DNA of 64,000 bases, from assembly GCA_951406725.2 (NCBI GenBank), contig OX597818.1, positions 134,168,001 to 134,232,000 of the forward strand. Direction: 5' to 3'. This stretch comes from Octopus vulgaris (taxonomy: Eukaryota). Positions within the stretch are counted from its first letter, which is position 1, and each line of letters starts with the position of its first letter. The notes below the pieces were generated by a model that was not told the origin of the DNA, did no database searches, and saw only the letters and a program-made list of their open reading frames with translations. This document shows positions 1 to 13,719 of this stretch, piece after piece. Made by a program: the position numbers and the translations under genes.

Positions 1-150
1 ATCATCATCATCATTTAACGTCCGCTTTCCATGCTAGCATGGGTTGGACGTTCAACTGGGGTCTGGGGAGCCCGAAGGCTGCACCAGGCCAGTCAGATCT
101 GGCAGTGTTTCTACAGCTGGATGCCCTTCCTAACGCCAACCACTCCGAGA

Positions 151-193
<43 letters not shown>

Positions 194-1883
194 GTATGTG
201 CGTGTATATGTTTATGTGTCTGTGTTTGTTCCCCTAGCATTGCTTGACAATCGATGCTGGTGTGTTCATGTCACGTAACTTAGCAGTTCGACAAAAGAGA
301 CCGATAGAATAAGTACTGAGCTTACAAAGTATAAGTCCCGGGGTCGATTTGCTCGACTAAAGGCGGTGCTCCAGCATGGCTGCAGTCAAATGACTGAAAC
401 AAGTAAAAGAGAATAAAGAGTTTAATGAAAATCAGAAATTAGAATGTCATAAAGTTGAAAGAAAAGCTGCTTTTAGCTGTTGTGTGATGTTACGCAGAAG
501 AAAAAAAATTATAATTACAAATATAAAAATATATATATATATATTAGTTAAAATTTTAGACTTTAATTTTAATATACTTAACTTTATACAAGTTATTTAC
601 AAAGTCAGAAAACAGCACAGATCCCATGACTTCAGGAAACATTTTTTCACGCTGAGAGTTGCTGAAGCATGGAACAAACTGCCGGCATCAGTTGTTAGTT
701 GTCGGAGCATTGCATCCTTCAAAACTTCCATGCTTTCTGAGATTTGCCAACACTACACCTGATTTTCTCCCCTCCATACACACACAAGCATGTATCTGAC
801 TCATACATTGTTCGCTTTCCAGACATTTCTACATTACTGCATGTACTTTATATGCACTTTCTGACAAGTTGTGGTGCACCTGAGCACTGTATACAATAAT
901 TTCATTATTATTATTATTATTTTATACAAGCCTGTCTCAAGCCTTCAATGGCAAACTGAATAATAATTTGAAACCTGCCTGAGCAAGTAATTAATTATAG
1001 TGATGTAAAATATCTAATCTTCAATTAAGCATAATGTAGAATTCTTATTCTGTAATTATCCACTGAGATCATCAAGATTTATATATATTATTAATTATAG
1101 TAATTTTTCTATAATTATGTAATAATCTTAATTCATATAAAAGGACATAATATAAAAATAAAAAGGTATTTAATTATCTTATCCCTTATCTTTATTTATT
1201 AGTTATCTAGTGTAGTCATCAGTAATTATATACATCTTATTATTCATTATAACTTTTCAATTATTATATGATAAGGTTAACCCTTTAGTGTTCAGATTAT
1301 TCTATCAAACATAATGCTTATTGATTCATATTGATTTGAATTAATCATGCATTATCTCATATCTTCAAGATGTTGATGATGTAAATACTTAATGTAGAAT
1401 AACATTGTAGGGTAGGTGTGAGAGTCTGGATTGGTCAGTTTGAACATAAAACAGATTAGATATTTTGGCCAGATATGGCCGGTTTAAATACTAAAGGGTT
1501 AATTCCTATATAAGAGCTTATTATAATGAATAAATAGATATTTCATTGTCTTTTCTGTAATTTTCATTTTTTAATTATCCATTGAGAACCACAATGGTTG
1601 TATACGTCGCTGAATATAATTCTTCAGTTATTATAAAATAAGGTTAATTCCTATACAAGGATTTATTATATGAAATCAATAAATAGGTAATTAATTATTG
1701 CGATGTAAGTTATATAAGTTTCAATTAAGAATTACATAGAATTATTATCTGTAACTTTTATTCTTTAGTTATCTATTAAGTGTAATGTAGAATCTTTGTT
1801 TGCGGTTTTTGTTCTTTAGATATCCAGTGACATCATTAATTTTAGTAGATAAATATACTTGCTTTCTACATTAGCCCTTTTTT

Positions 1884-2250
1884 ATTACCTACACATTAGT
1901 GAAGGTGAAGGTATTGTTTACAGTTGTGTTTGTTTATTTGTCTGAGGACAAGATATCTCAAGAACTGCCAGACAGATTCACATGAAACTTTCAGGGATGA
2001 TTGGCCTCATGACACATGAACTGATTAGATTTTGGGATCGATTTGGCACCGGATAAGGATTCTGGATTATTTTTCTTGTTTTTTTACTTAATTTTTGAGA
2101 GTGATTGGGTTCATTTTTAGTATTCTTGGTTGTGAGAGCAGTCAAGTTTATTTCAAATATTCTCATTTTAAAATTCATCTGTGGCTAATCATTGAGAAGA
2201 CATTGGTGTTGCCTTGGCAGAGGTTTGCACTCTCTGAGTGCTCTTGTTTT
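1884..2250 (+). mobile_element. Helentron-associated (HINE/DINE-1-like) element
   Basis: TTTTTATTACCT start, (GTTT/GTCT) microsatellite, ATGAAACTT core, 3' GCACTCTCTGAGTGC stem-loop and poly-T. Confidence 0.55.
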
Positions 2251-2699
2251 TTTTTATGTCTATTTCAAACTGTCGCAAAGTATGTAGTTAGTAGTGTATT
2301 TTTTATATTTTATTTTCATAGACTAAGTTAGTCATTCAATGACATTGCTCTTGGTTGAATGAAATGTCTAAAGTTAAATTTGGTTTGGTGTTTCTTTTTG
2401 TTAGCATTTTTTAACAGCTAAAATTTTTTCAAATGTTCAGTTAGAATTTTACCAATATAGATTACCTCAATAATGTTGTGTTGACATAAATTTTCATACA
2501 TATTATTATTATTAATTTTAACAATATCATGTGTATATATATACCTTACATCACAATAATTAATTACTTATTTATTTATTTAATATAATAAATCCTTGAA
2601 TAAGAATTAACCTTATTTTATAGTAACTGAAGAATTATATTCAGCAACATATACAACCATTACTTACTCTTTATATTAAGCACTTTAATAGAAATTAAC

Positions 2700-3705
2700 C
2701 TCATTATATAATAAATGATTAATCAAAATATTATTATAATTAATAATTAAAATATTTGAATGTCTTACTAAATTTATGGCAACATCTTAAAGTTAAATTC
2801 TCATTAAAGTTCAATAAAATTAATTTAGAAGTAATTATAAAATATAATTCTTTGGGGGCAAAGATCACAAGTAGAATTACCAATATTATATGATGGTGCA
2901 TAACTAATAATAAACCACTTTAAATCATATGTAATATTGTTATCCTTTAAATTCCAAATGTATTTACTAAGGATTAGTAGAATTACATTTTTTTCTATAT
3001 TTAAAGGGTGGCTATAAAATCTAGATTTCCAACTAGTAGCAGAAGAACCAATATGCCAATACTTATGATGTCTAGTTACTTTACACTGATATACTATATT
3101 CTTCTTTAAACACTGATTTCCTAAAAGGCATCAAGTTTTTTTGTTTTTTTTTTACACAATTACACATGGATTTCTTCACTTTTAGATAGTTATAAGAATT
3201 TCTTCAAGCACCTGACTGTAAAATAGGTGATAAGGTTGGATTATAATTATTATTATTAATAGAATTAATATTAATACGAAGTAAAAGACCTACTATATTA
3301 TCAGCATTTTGCCCAATTATAGAATCTAGACCTTGTTCTGAATGATTATCAATAACATTAATTTCACTATACATATTATCAGTTCTACAATTATTTATAG
3401 ATTTAAAATTTAGATATTCTCTAATTCTCTGTTTATTTTGTGCTGCAATAATCTCAGCTAAATTTCTAGTGGTTGAACATGAAAACTTAACACTATGTCT
3501 ATTAAATAAATTCTCATATTTTCTTGAAGATGGAAAATACCTATCTAGCACCGCAAAGAATTTATGAGGGATATTAGAAGCTATTGAATATGAAAATGGA
3601 GCATTATGTCATATAATGCTTGTTGAGCTATTATTCTTATTATTTCTATAAACTTTTTTGTCAATATTACTTTTATTAAAATTGGGTTGTTTTCTATTAT
3701 AATTT
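2700..3705 (-). mobile_element. Penelope-like element (Naiad-like) ORF remnant: linker plus GIY-YIG endonuclease
   Basis: Minus-strand translation gives HNAPFSYSIASNIPHKFFAVLDRYFP...LFNRHSVKFSCSTTRNLAEII, then CNC...CLLGNQCLKKNIVYQCKVT...HIGSSATSWKSRFYSH. Frameshifted and contains stops. Confidence 0.75.
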
Positions 3706-3711
3706 TTACTC

Positions 3712-4552
3712 ATAAAAATGCTTCAGATGTCTGGTTAACAGTTTGACCAACAGGAACAAATTCTGTGTGGGCAGTTCCTTTCACATTGATGAAACAAATG
3801 ATCATTGTCTTCCACTGCACTTTACTTGACCTACCTTTTGGGGGCATGGAGACATTGAATGCTTCAATTGACTTAATTGCTGCTTCATTTCTGGGAGAGC
3901 TGTAAGACCAGCTTTCATCACCAGTGATGGCCTTCAAAAAAATGGTTTGGACCAACTTCCAACTGTTCTTTCAGTTCACAACATGCATTCAATCATGACT
4001 ACTGTTGATCTTCTGTGAGCAAGCGAGGCACAAATTTTGGTGCAACCTTTTCATTTGCAACTCCTCACTCAAAATTCGTTGGGAGGAGCTCCAGGACACA
4101 CCAGCCATATAAGCAAGTTTGTCAATTATTTTCAGCGACAGTCCTCCAAGATCAGTTCATGAATTTTCATGATGTTTTCATTTGTTCAGTAGGTTGATGG
4201 TCGCCCTGAACAAGCAACAAGTGACCATTCCTAAAGTGTGGAAACCACTTGTAAATTTGTGTTTTGCTCATGGCAGCATCCTTGTAAGCTGTTTGAAACA
4301 TGACAGTTGTTTCAGCCACCGTTTTCCCCTGCAGAAAACAGAATTTCACGGAAACACACTGTTCCATTGTTACAGCCATCTCAAAAATCAATGAACTGTA
4401 AAACAAAGACACACTATGACTTCAGTTGATGCTGCTGGTTGGCAGACTGATGTCTGAGGGTCGCATCAAGTGGATTCTTGTGGTGAAGCCTGAACTACAA
4501 TGGGCGTGTCCCACAGAGAACGTTTCCAGTTACTTTTGGGTACCCCCTTGTA
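3712..4552 (-). mobile_element. Mariner transposase remnant with left terminus
   Basis: EQC.SVKFCFLQGKTVAET...IYKWF..F and ITGDESW motifs. Terminus TACAAGGGGGTACCCAAAAGT. Related fragments at about 31095-31450 (-) and 50270-50950 (+). Confidence 0.85.
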
Positions 4553-4718
4553 TATATGAATGTATGTATGTATATATGAATGTATATATACATATATATA
4601 CGTACACACACATGCACACACACACACACATACAGACACATAGTGCTCCAGCTTGACCACAGTCATATGGCTGAAATGAATAAAAGAATAGGTATATATA
4701 TATATATATGTATGTATG

Positions 4719-4764
<46 letters not shown>

Positions 4765-5665
4765 TACATGTATGTATATGTGTCATGTGCTTGATATATT
4801 TACATGCAGCAGAACAAAATATAAGATCAAAATGGACTAATGGAAGAGAAAATTCTTTACCAAAGAATTGTCCCTTTATCTCTGGGATAGAGGAGAGAAG
4901 ATTTCCCCCAAAGCATATAGACACATGCCTACTGGTACACCTTGACCCCATTCTGCAGAGCCTGATAGTATACTTTGGTATCCAGTATGGATGGAATGAC
5001 GTCTTGTTAGATAATACAGTTTACTCTGATTGGTATGTCATGGTCTGCCGTTCAATAAAGTCAATTTCTTGATTATCCATACACACAGGTCTGACACTGT
5101 TTGGTATATTCAAGTAGATTATGAATGAAAACATGATATATGTATAGTTAATCAATCAAACTGTTTGTCTACAACTTCATGCTAAGCCAGCCAAGGGATT
5201 AACACACCTCCCCAGAGATGTATGTGCAACACTTAATGTCAGGTATTGTGCTTAGCAACAAACTTCATCTTTCAAAATAACAAAATGAAAGTGGATTATA
5301 TGAATATGGTGTATTTGGGTTATATAGAGGACTGTTACTTGTCAACCATTACAACCTATATCTAGAAATTGATTTTATTGTGAAACATGCATCAGAATTA
5401 TGAAGTTTTGAATTATAATTCATGACAGTCAAAACGAATTTATCAGCCACTATGTGTGTGTGTGTATATGTGTGTGTGCATGCGTGTGTGTGTGTATTTA
5501 TACTCTACCATCCTGTCTATGCTCTGAACCCCATTCATTGTGAGTACACCCTGGCACTTCACCATTATCTCTCTCCTGCTCTCTCTCTTGCACTCTTGCT
5601 GTCTCTCCCTTGCTCTTCCCTCTGTCTGGGTGGCCAAATATGCTTCTACTCTTCAGAACTAGCTA

Positions 5666-6124
5666 CCGTATTTGACGGCATATTAGACGCACTGGCATAT
5701 TAGACGCACCCTCATTTCAGCAGGTCAAATTCAGGAAAAAAAGTTTTAAGTGTATTTAAGCATATATTGTTGAAAGCAGTCTAGCAGCACATTACAAAAG
5801 CAGAAAACATTGCTGTATAAAAGCAAGCATACAAAAGGAAAGCATACCAATTACAATAGTAATCATCTTTAATCATCTTTTTAACCAGAAAACTCTTCAT
5901 CATCTTCTACACCAGAAAAGTCTTCATCATCTTCAAAACAAGGAACATCTTCATCACTACTGCTGAAATCACTGTCTTCAAATAATGCATCATCTTCTGT
6001 GCCATCAAGGGCATTGCTAATGATTAGCCTACGGGAGGGTCTTGACTTAGCATATTAGACGCAGGGCGATTTTTTGAGCCAAATTTTTTGGAAGAAAGTG
6101 CGTCCTATATGCCGTCAAATACGG
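5666..6124 (-). mobile_element. pogo/Tigger-type non-autonomous element retaining the transposase acidic C-terminus
   Basis: TA|CCGTATTTGACGGCATA...TATGCCGTCAAATACGG|TA TIRs with TA TSD. The minus strand encodes ISNALDGTEDDALFEDSD...EDDEEFSG*. Confidence 0.85.
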
Positions 6125-7356
6125 TAATTACAAATCTATTCCATCCAATACACTTGTCTCTCCTCTTCATTATCCATTCTGTGTCTTCCTTTCCATAATC
6201 CACACTAACTACTAATACCAATCCTTCATCTCCTGAATATTATCTTTCTTCAAGTCCTGTTCTGCATATAGTTTCCCTGAAGATGTTGACTTTTAGATCA
6301 AGTGAGATTTAACATGGTACATACTCTTTAGCTCATCACAAACTTATGCTGTTCAATAAAACATTTGGTCTCTATTTTAAAGAGGGTAGGAATTTTTCTT
6401 TAAGATCTTACCTACTGAAAGAAACCCGTCGTGTGTGTGTGTATGTGTGATGTGTCTGCCCAATCACCCAACTGCTTGACCAATAATGTTGGTTTGTTTA
6501 CAGCCCTGTAACTTAACAGTTGTGTGTGTGTATCTATGTTTCCTCCTCCTCACTACTTGACAACCTGTGTTGGTTTGTTTATGTCCCTTCAACTCTGTAA
6601 TTAGGTAAAAAAAAACCCAACAGAATACATATCAGACTTAAAAAAAAATTATAAGTAGTGGGGTCAATTTGTTTCACTAAACCTTCCAAGGTAATGCTCC
6701 AGCATGGCCGCAATACAATTCCTGAAAAGATTAAAAGATAAAGAATCCAGTTATTGAAATTTGCAAAAAAAACTTCACCATGAAAAGAAAACTAATTCTA
6801 GCAACATAGAGAATGGTATTTGTAGTAATGGATTCTGATTCTATATGTGAAGAGGTTGTACAAAATCTATATGCTGATAAGCAATTTTTTAACTCGAACA
6901 GAGTATTCCACATCAACCCACCAGAAAATAACTGATGCTAGTAATGAGGATAAAATGATAAAAATTGCTGAATTTTTATTCTATCAAAAAAATGTAAAAA
7001 TATGAACCTTTATGAGTTTTATTTTAGCTGATATTTTACTCAAAAGTTACCAGGTAGCTATTTCTAAGATATGTATTAGGTAGAAATTTGAATAAAGTGT
7101 TTTCATTAGATGATGCGATGTCTGTAATGGTAGATTGTTTATCGACATTCAATGAACTACAAATAAAATATTTTGATCTTTAATTAATTTTACAATAGAT
7201 GTAGAGCTTCTGTCATGTTTTTCAAAATTTTGACAAAAATGTACTTGTTTTTATTCTTTTATCTTTGTCTGAAATGTTTTTCTTTCCTTATTGACTTCTT
7301 CAGAGACAGCTGGGTACTTGACCCATGGAACCTTTCAGCTACGAAGATGCATAGTT

Positions 7357-8952
7357 ATGGCCGAACCAGAAAGCTTCAGATTAAATTTATCAGACTCTAA
7401 CAAATTTTTAGGTAATAATAATGATGACAATGATGACGATGATGACGACGATGATGATGATGATATCCGAAGTGTTTGCAGTCAGTTAAATGATGATCAA
7501 GACACTCATAGAACTTTGGATGACTCTATAACTCACTCTCAAAGAAAACCTGATTTAAGCTCTGGTGATTATGAAAGAAAAATAGAAGGGAACTTGTTAG
7601 AAGCCCATTCTGATAGATCTGAAAATTCAAAATCTTTATATTCAAGAAAGAGTTCCAATAAAAATATGGCAACAGTCCAACGTGGTTTAGAAAAGATTCC
7701 TAATATGTACAATATTCATAGAGAAGAAATGGTAGAACTGGTTCAGGAACAAGTTTATCAGAGAGAACTACAACAACGAATTTCTCACAATGAAAATGTG
7801 GACGCCAGATTTTCCTTCCAAAACCACCCAATGAAAGATACCAACGACGATGAATGTGATGATAGGTCTGAAAATAGAAATGGTAGTTATGAAGATCTTT
7901 ATGATTCTCTTGAAGCAAATGGCCAATATAAAGAAGAAGAAGAAGAAGAAGAAGGTAATAATGAAATCAAAACTTCTCAAAGTAAATTTGATGATCGTTT
8001 GGATCAATTCTACTTGAAGAGTCCTCAGAAAGAAAATAGAGTTTTGGGACCCATAAAAGGGGACCATGAGATTAGTGTTCAGAAATGGTCTGAGGAACAA
8101 CTATTCAATGAGTTTAAAAAGATAGCTGATGGGTATGATGAAAACAGTGTAGGAATGCATCATCAACAATCACCCAGACCCAGTTTGGAAACAAGTAATA
8201 ACTACTGGCAACTAAATTCAAATAATAAAAGCACAAAACATAGAACATATTCAGGTAAAGAGAACATAGACTATTTACCTTTGGTTAGAAAACCAAATGG
8301 TCCCTCAAAGCCCTCAATGAACTATGTGGAATTCAATAAATTCAATTATGATAAACCTATTAAGAACCAATCTTACAAAGACTTACATTCTCAAAGAAAA
8401 TATAGCTCTAAACCAGAAAGTTTTCATCGAAACAGCAGTTCAGGAAGAAGCGAACCTGCACTAAGTCATCAAGAAATAACAAGGCCTTTACTTCAGAAAA
8501 AACCAGCTTCTGCTGAGGATCTGTGGAGAAAGCGCTCCACACAACTTGTCCATGAACTAGAGCGCAAGTTACCACCAGTTGGGAAGCTTCAAAAATTTCC
8601 TAGTGACAGTAAAGTCAACTATCAGACTACTAAACCTTACCATTTACAACCATTGAAGCCAATTCCTCCCCCAGCTTCACAATCACCGAGGGATATTTAT
8701 GGGGGTAATGCTCCATTGTACCAGACTAAAGTCATTGATTTGGATCCGATTTCTAAGGACTTTCTCACAGACGATGGTCAACGCATAAGTGTTGACATCA
8801 ACTTGAAGCTGCTTTCTCCACCAGCTTCAACTCGTTACCATCATGCTGATGGTATGCAAACTTTTGGATTTCCACCTCCAGATAGCAACTATAAAGTCTT
8901 CCCAAAAATGGCAGATTATCAAAATATGGATGAAGTTGCCAATTATGAAAAG
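7357..8952 (+). CDS. JHY: JHY (C11orf63)-like protein, large N-terminal coding exon; start codon uncertain
   Basis: 563-codon open frame in AT-rich DNA. Acceptor ttcttcag ends at 7303, first in-frame ATG is at 7357 (MAEPESF), donor is AAG|GTAAGA at 8952/8953, phase 0, compatible with the next exon. The frame is open from 7304, so an upstream coding exon is possible. The protein is low-complexity with poly-Asp and poly-Glu runs. Confidence 0.8.
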
Positions 8953-8988
8953 GTAAGAATTATTTTTCCATTTGTTTCTTGACATGGT

Positions 8989-9414
8989 TGTAACGAAGGA
9001 TCTGTTATCGAAGCACTGAAAGGGTGTCGATATCCGATCTAGTCACATATAAAATTTTAGAAAACAATACAGACGAAGTCAGGTTAAAAGGTGAAAAGAC
9101 AGTAGTTCTGGTTTATTGATTGCGATGTCGTACGTTGTCTGGTGGGAGAAAGACAGCCTCTGATATACAGCTTCATGTTAGGTGTTGAAGTTGGTTGATG
9201 GTCGTTGGCGCTATGTCGTAGCACGAGTGGTTGTCAGAGCCTGTGAATTCGCATCCGATCGCAATGCTGTCTTAGCCGAAGAGGGAGATTTAAGCTTTGC
9301 GGGCTCGAGGGAACGTTTTCCCGCACATGCGCATGGGGAAGACTTCCGGTGGCCACCCGGAAGTAGTCCCATTCTGCGCATGCGCGCCGAACCCTACACA
9401 GTAGCATCACTACA
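8989..9414 (-). mobile_element. Solo LTR (Gypsy-like, 4-bp TSD)
   Basis: TGTA...TACA termini flanked on both sides by TGGT (8985-8988, 9415-9418). CpG-rich, with AATAAA on the minus strand near 9112. Confidence 0.8.
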
Positions 9415-9479
9415 TGGTAATTCTTGTATAACTTGCTTTTGAAACAGAATCCTTTTCTATCTTAATGTGTAGACATGTC

Positions 9480-9524
<45 letters not shown>

Positions 9525-9756
9525 ACGTGTGTGTGTATGAATGTGTCCACATGGCATTGGAGTAGGTGTGGACATGTCCATGTGTCTGTGTGTGTGTGGA
9601 TATGTTTCTTCATTTGTGTGTGTGTTTATGAGGGGTACATGTTTATTTGTGGGTGGTACACATGTGTATGTGTGTGGGCACCTCTTCATATTTGTATCTA
9701 CATGTACATGTGCAGTACACATTTATACATGTGTGTGACCATGTCTATGTGAATAT

Positions 9757-9966
9757 AAGGCGGCGAGCTGGTAGAACTGTTAGCACGCCGGGCGAAATGC
9801 GTAGCCATATTTCGTCTGCCGTTACGTTCTAAGTTCAAATGCCGCCGAGGTCGACTTTGCCTTTCATCCTTTCGGGGTCGATAAATTAAGTACCAGTTAC
9901 GCACTGGGGTCGATTACATCCTTGTTTGTCCCCTCTATGTTTAGCCCCTTGTGGGTAATAAAGAAA
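9757..9966 (+). mobile_element. SINE family B (AAGGCGGCGAGCTGG...GCCTTTCATCCTTTCGGGGTCGATAA)
   Basis: B-box-like GTTCAAATNCC. Copies at about 11278-11513 (-), 34663-34875 (+), 36079-36318 (-) and 46605-46740 (+, partial). Confidence 0.85.
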
Positions 9967-11524
9967 CAAATATATATGTAAATGTGTGTGTGTGCACTTT
10001 GTGCAGGTCTGTATCCTGGTGTGTTTGTATATATCTGCACACACTACTATTCTATATCAATTTCACATGTGATTGTGAGATAGTGTGGCTGTCACTTCCA
10101 TCACTGTCTCTTTATATTATGACTATCTTTACCATTACTGACCACAAATGGTAGGGATGTTTTTCCTATCAGTTACTGCAGATGTAGCTGTTTTCCACTG
10201 ACTACACTTGGTATGGCTGCTCCTCCCAACACTGACCATATGTCATATAGATGTCCTTCCTGCACTGACTGGGTGGAATGGAAGCACTCCGTCAGTTACG
10301 ACGACGAGGATTCCGGTTGATTCGAATCAACGGAACAGCCTGCTCGTGAAATTACCCTTAACGTAGTTCTCGGGGATATTCAGCGTGACACAGAGAGTGA
10401 CAAGGCCGGCCCTTTGAAATACAGGTACAACAGAAACAGGAAGTAAGAGTGAGAGAAAGTTGTGGTGAAAGAGTACAGCAGGGATCACCACCATCCCCTG
10501 CCGGAGCCTCGTGGAGCTTTTTAGGTGTTTTCGCTCAATAAACACTCACAACACCCGGTCTGGGAATCAAAACCGCGATCCTATGACCACGAGTCCGCTG
10601 CCCTAACCACTGGGCCAGTGCGCCTCCACTGCACTGACTACAGATTGTCTGACTAACCCTCTTGCCGCTATCCACTCAACTACGAATTGGGCTCAAAGCC
10701 TGCCTTTATGTTCATCAAAGTAATTCAGGAAAGTTAGAGTTAGGTGCTTAGCTCAGAGGTACCACATGATGACCAAATGGTCAGTCGTCCAGCATGGTTT
10801 AAATCTGCCATCTGGCACTTGGTTGCCTTTAGCAGAGTCCACAGAGGTGCAAATAACTTTAACTACTGACTGAAAGCTATAGCAATGGTTATGCAACCTT
10901 ACTTTAAGTTTCATGCTGCAGGCACTTACATAAACAGACCAGGATACATTTGTAGATACTAAACACCTGAATATGATGTGCATAACAAAACATTGTTCAT
11001 GGGGCAGCAGGACGGGTATTTCTAGTGGCTGAAGTGAGTTGACTCTTCACTTTTCTCCTTGCAACAATGGCTTACACCCATAGCTAATCCAACCTGAAGA
11101 AAACCCATATCTCCTGTCTGAGTATACACATTGAGTTGTTCTGTGTCCCTTCATCTCCCCTGACCAAATGTGGAGACCTTTCACCAAACAAGTCACAAAA
11201 TATGTTTGTATGTATGCAGGGATAAGTTTAAATATCTAATATCAATGCATGCATGGAAAAGTGGGTGTTTCATATATACCTATTTCTTTACTACCCACAA
11301 GGGGCTAAAGACAGAGGGGACAAACAAGGACAGACATAGGTATTAAGTCGATTACATCGACCCCAGTGCGTAACTGGTACTTTATTTATCGACCCCGAAA
11401 GGATGAAAGGCAAAGCCGACCTCGGCGGAATTTGAACTCAGAACGTAGCGGCAGACAAAATACCGCTAAGCATTTCGCCCGGCGCGCTAACATTTCTGCC
11501 AGCTCGCCGCCTTTGTTTCATACA

Positions 11525-11563
<39 letters not shown>

Positions 11564-12502
11564 TAGTGGTGGTGGTGGTGGTGGTGGTGGTGGTGGTGGA
11601 AGTCGAGTAGTGTGGTCCAAAAAGATCTTGGTACAGGTACCTAGTAAGCATCAAGCATGTGTACGGCTTGTGTAGCTGACATAAAGTGAATGATACTTAT
11701 CAAACAAGCTTATTAATCAATATGTATTATACACTTCATCCCATGCTGACTTAGATGGAGATTTCAAAAAAACGACAGCTGCTCTATACAACTCACAGTC
11801 TAGTAATGAAGATTGCTAATTACGTAATCATAAGTTAAAGGGTGTTGGGGATGGAGAAAGCAAATCTGTACTACATATGTTTCCAAGTCACCTCGAACAT
11901 CAAAGGTGTAACATTATATACTCTTTTACTCTTTTATTTGTTTCAGTCATTTGACTGTGGCCATGCTGGAGCACCGCCTTTAGTCGAGCAAATCGACCCC
12001 AGGACGTATTCTTTGTAGGCCTATTACTTATTCTATCGGTCTCTTTTGCCGAACCGCTAAGTTACGGGGACGTAAACACGCCAGCATCGGTTGTCAAGCG
12101 ATGTTGCGGGGGACAAACACAGACACACAAACATATACACACACATACATATATATATACATATATACTACACTCACGGAGTGGTTGGCGTTAGGAAGGG
12201 CATCCAGCCGTAGAAACACTGCCAGATCTGACTGGGCCTGATGAAGCCTTCCGGCTTCACAGACCCCAGTTGAACCGTCCAATCCATGCTAGCATGGAAA
12301 ACGGATGCTAAATGATGATGATGATGATGATGATGATGATACGATGGGCTTCTTTCAGTTTCCGTCTACCAAATCCACTCACAAGGCTTTGGTCGGCCCG
12401 AGGCTATAGTAGAAGACACTTGCCCAAGGTGCCACGCAGTGGGGCTGAACCCAGAACCATGTGGTTCGTAAGCAAGCTACTTACCACACAGCCACTCCTA
12501 TG

Positions 12503-12538
<36 letters not shown>

Positions 12539-12752
12539 GCTCTCACATTCCCAATACCTACATTCTTCCCCCTTTAATAAACTTAACCCTTTAGCATTTA
12601 AACTGGCTTTATCCACCCAAAACGTTCAGTCTGCTTTATGTTGAGACTGGCCAAATCTGGCCCCTCACACCTATCCAACAATGTCATTCTAAAAATAAAT
12701 TGTCCTGTCATCAGAATCTTGAAGCTACAAGATATTTCAATGATTATGAATA

Positions 12753-13153
12753 AAGGCGCAGGAGTGGCTGTGTGGTAAGTAGCTTGCTAACAAACCACAT
12801 GGTTCCGGGTTCAGTCCCACTGCGTGGCATCTTGGGCAAGTGTCTTCTGCTATAGCCCCAGGCCGACCAATGCCTTGTGAGTGGATTTGGTAGGCAGAAA
12901 CTTAAAGAAGCCTGTCGTATATATGTATATATATATATGTGTTTGTGTGTCTGTGTTTGTTCCCTTAGCATTGCTTGACAACCGATGCTGTTGAGTTTAC
13001 GTCCCCGTCACTTAGCGGTTCGGCAAAAAGAGACCGATAGAATAAGTACTGGGCTTACAAAGAATATGTCCCGGGGTCGATTTGATCGACTAAAGGCGGT
13101 GCTCCAGCATGGCCGCAGTCAATTGGCTGAAACGAGTAAAAGAGTAAAAGAGT
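12753..13153 (+). mobile_element. tRNA-derived SINE family A (about 400 bp, internal TA/TG microsatellite, (AAAAGAGT)n tail)
   Basis: A box TGGCTGTGTGG and B box GGTTCAGTCCC. Copies at about 190-420 (+), 11921-12170 (-), 12342-12504 (-), 18817-19092 (+), 24022-24380 (+), 24432-24833 (+), 32337-32737 (+), 37358-37753 (-), 39640-39975 (+), 44905-45292 (-), 56935-57337 (-) and 60913-61220 (+). Confidence 0.9.
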
Positions 13154-13541
13154 AAATAAGCATTTCATTTAACAGAATAATCTGAATGCTAAAGGGTTGA
13201 ACACACTTTTTGCACTCACCTGTTGCTGATGACGAATTTCATTGGTCAATTGACAGAGCTCTTTCTAATTACCATTCTGCTGTGGCTGGAGTTAATAGAT
13301 TCTTACCTTGTCTCCTTGCAACAATGACTTACACGCACAGGTAGTCCAACCTGAAGAAAAGCCAAGCTGTATGTATGTGTTACACCTTTGATGTACGTGA
13401 AGCATGTTCAGACTGGCTTGGAGACATATTTAGTACCAATTGGCCTTCTGCATTCTTTGCACCTTTTAATATATATGTATTTATCTATATCTTTATCTAT
13501 CTATCTATCCATCTCTTGCTCTCTCCCTCTCACTCACTCAC

Positions 13542-13614
<73 letters not shown>

Positions 13615-13719
13615 GGGTGTGTGTGTGTGTGTACGTGTGTGTGTGTATGTATATCTATGTATATATATATGTATATATATATGCATATATATATATGAAT
13701 ATATATATTTATATATATT

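Noticed and set aside
3131-3133. In-frame TGA beside the PLE Cys motif as selenocysteine
   Set aside because: It precedes a Cys codon rather than replacing one, and the copy is decayed with other stops and frameshifts.
4800-5080. Possible upstream JHY exon
   Set aside because: No convincing splice sites or homology. It looks more like a decayed LINE fragment on the minus strand.
6276-6430. CTGAAGA followed by a TGTTGA/TTAACA stem as another hammerhead
   Set aside because: No GAAA or cleavage triplet in the required position.
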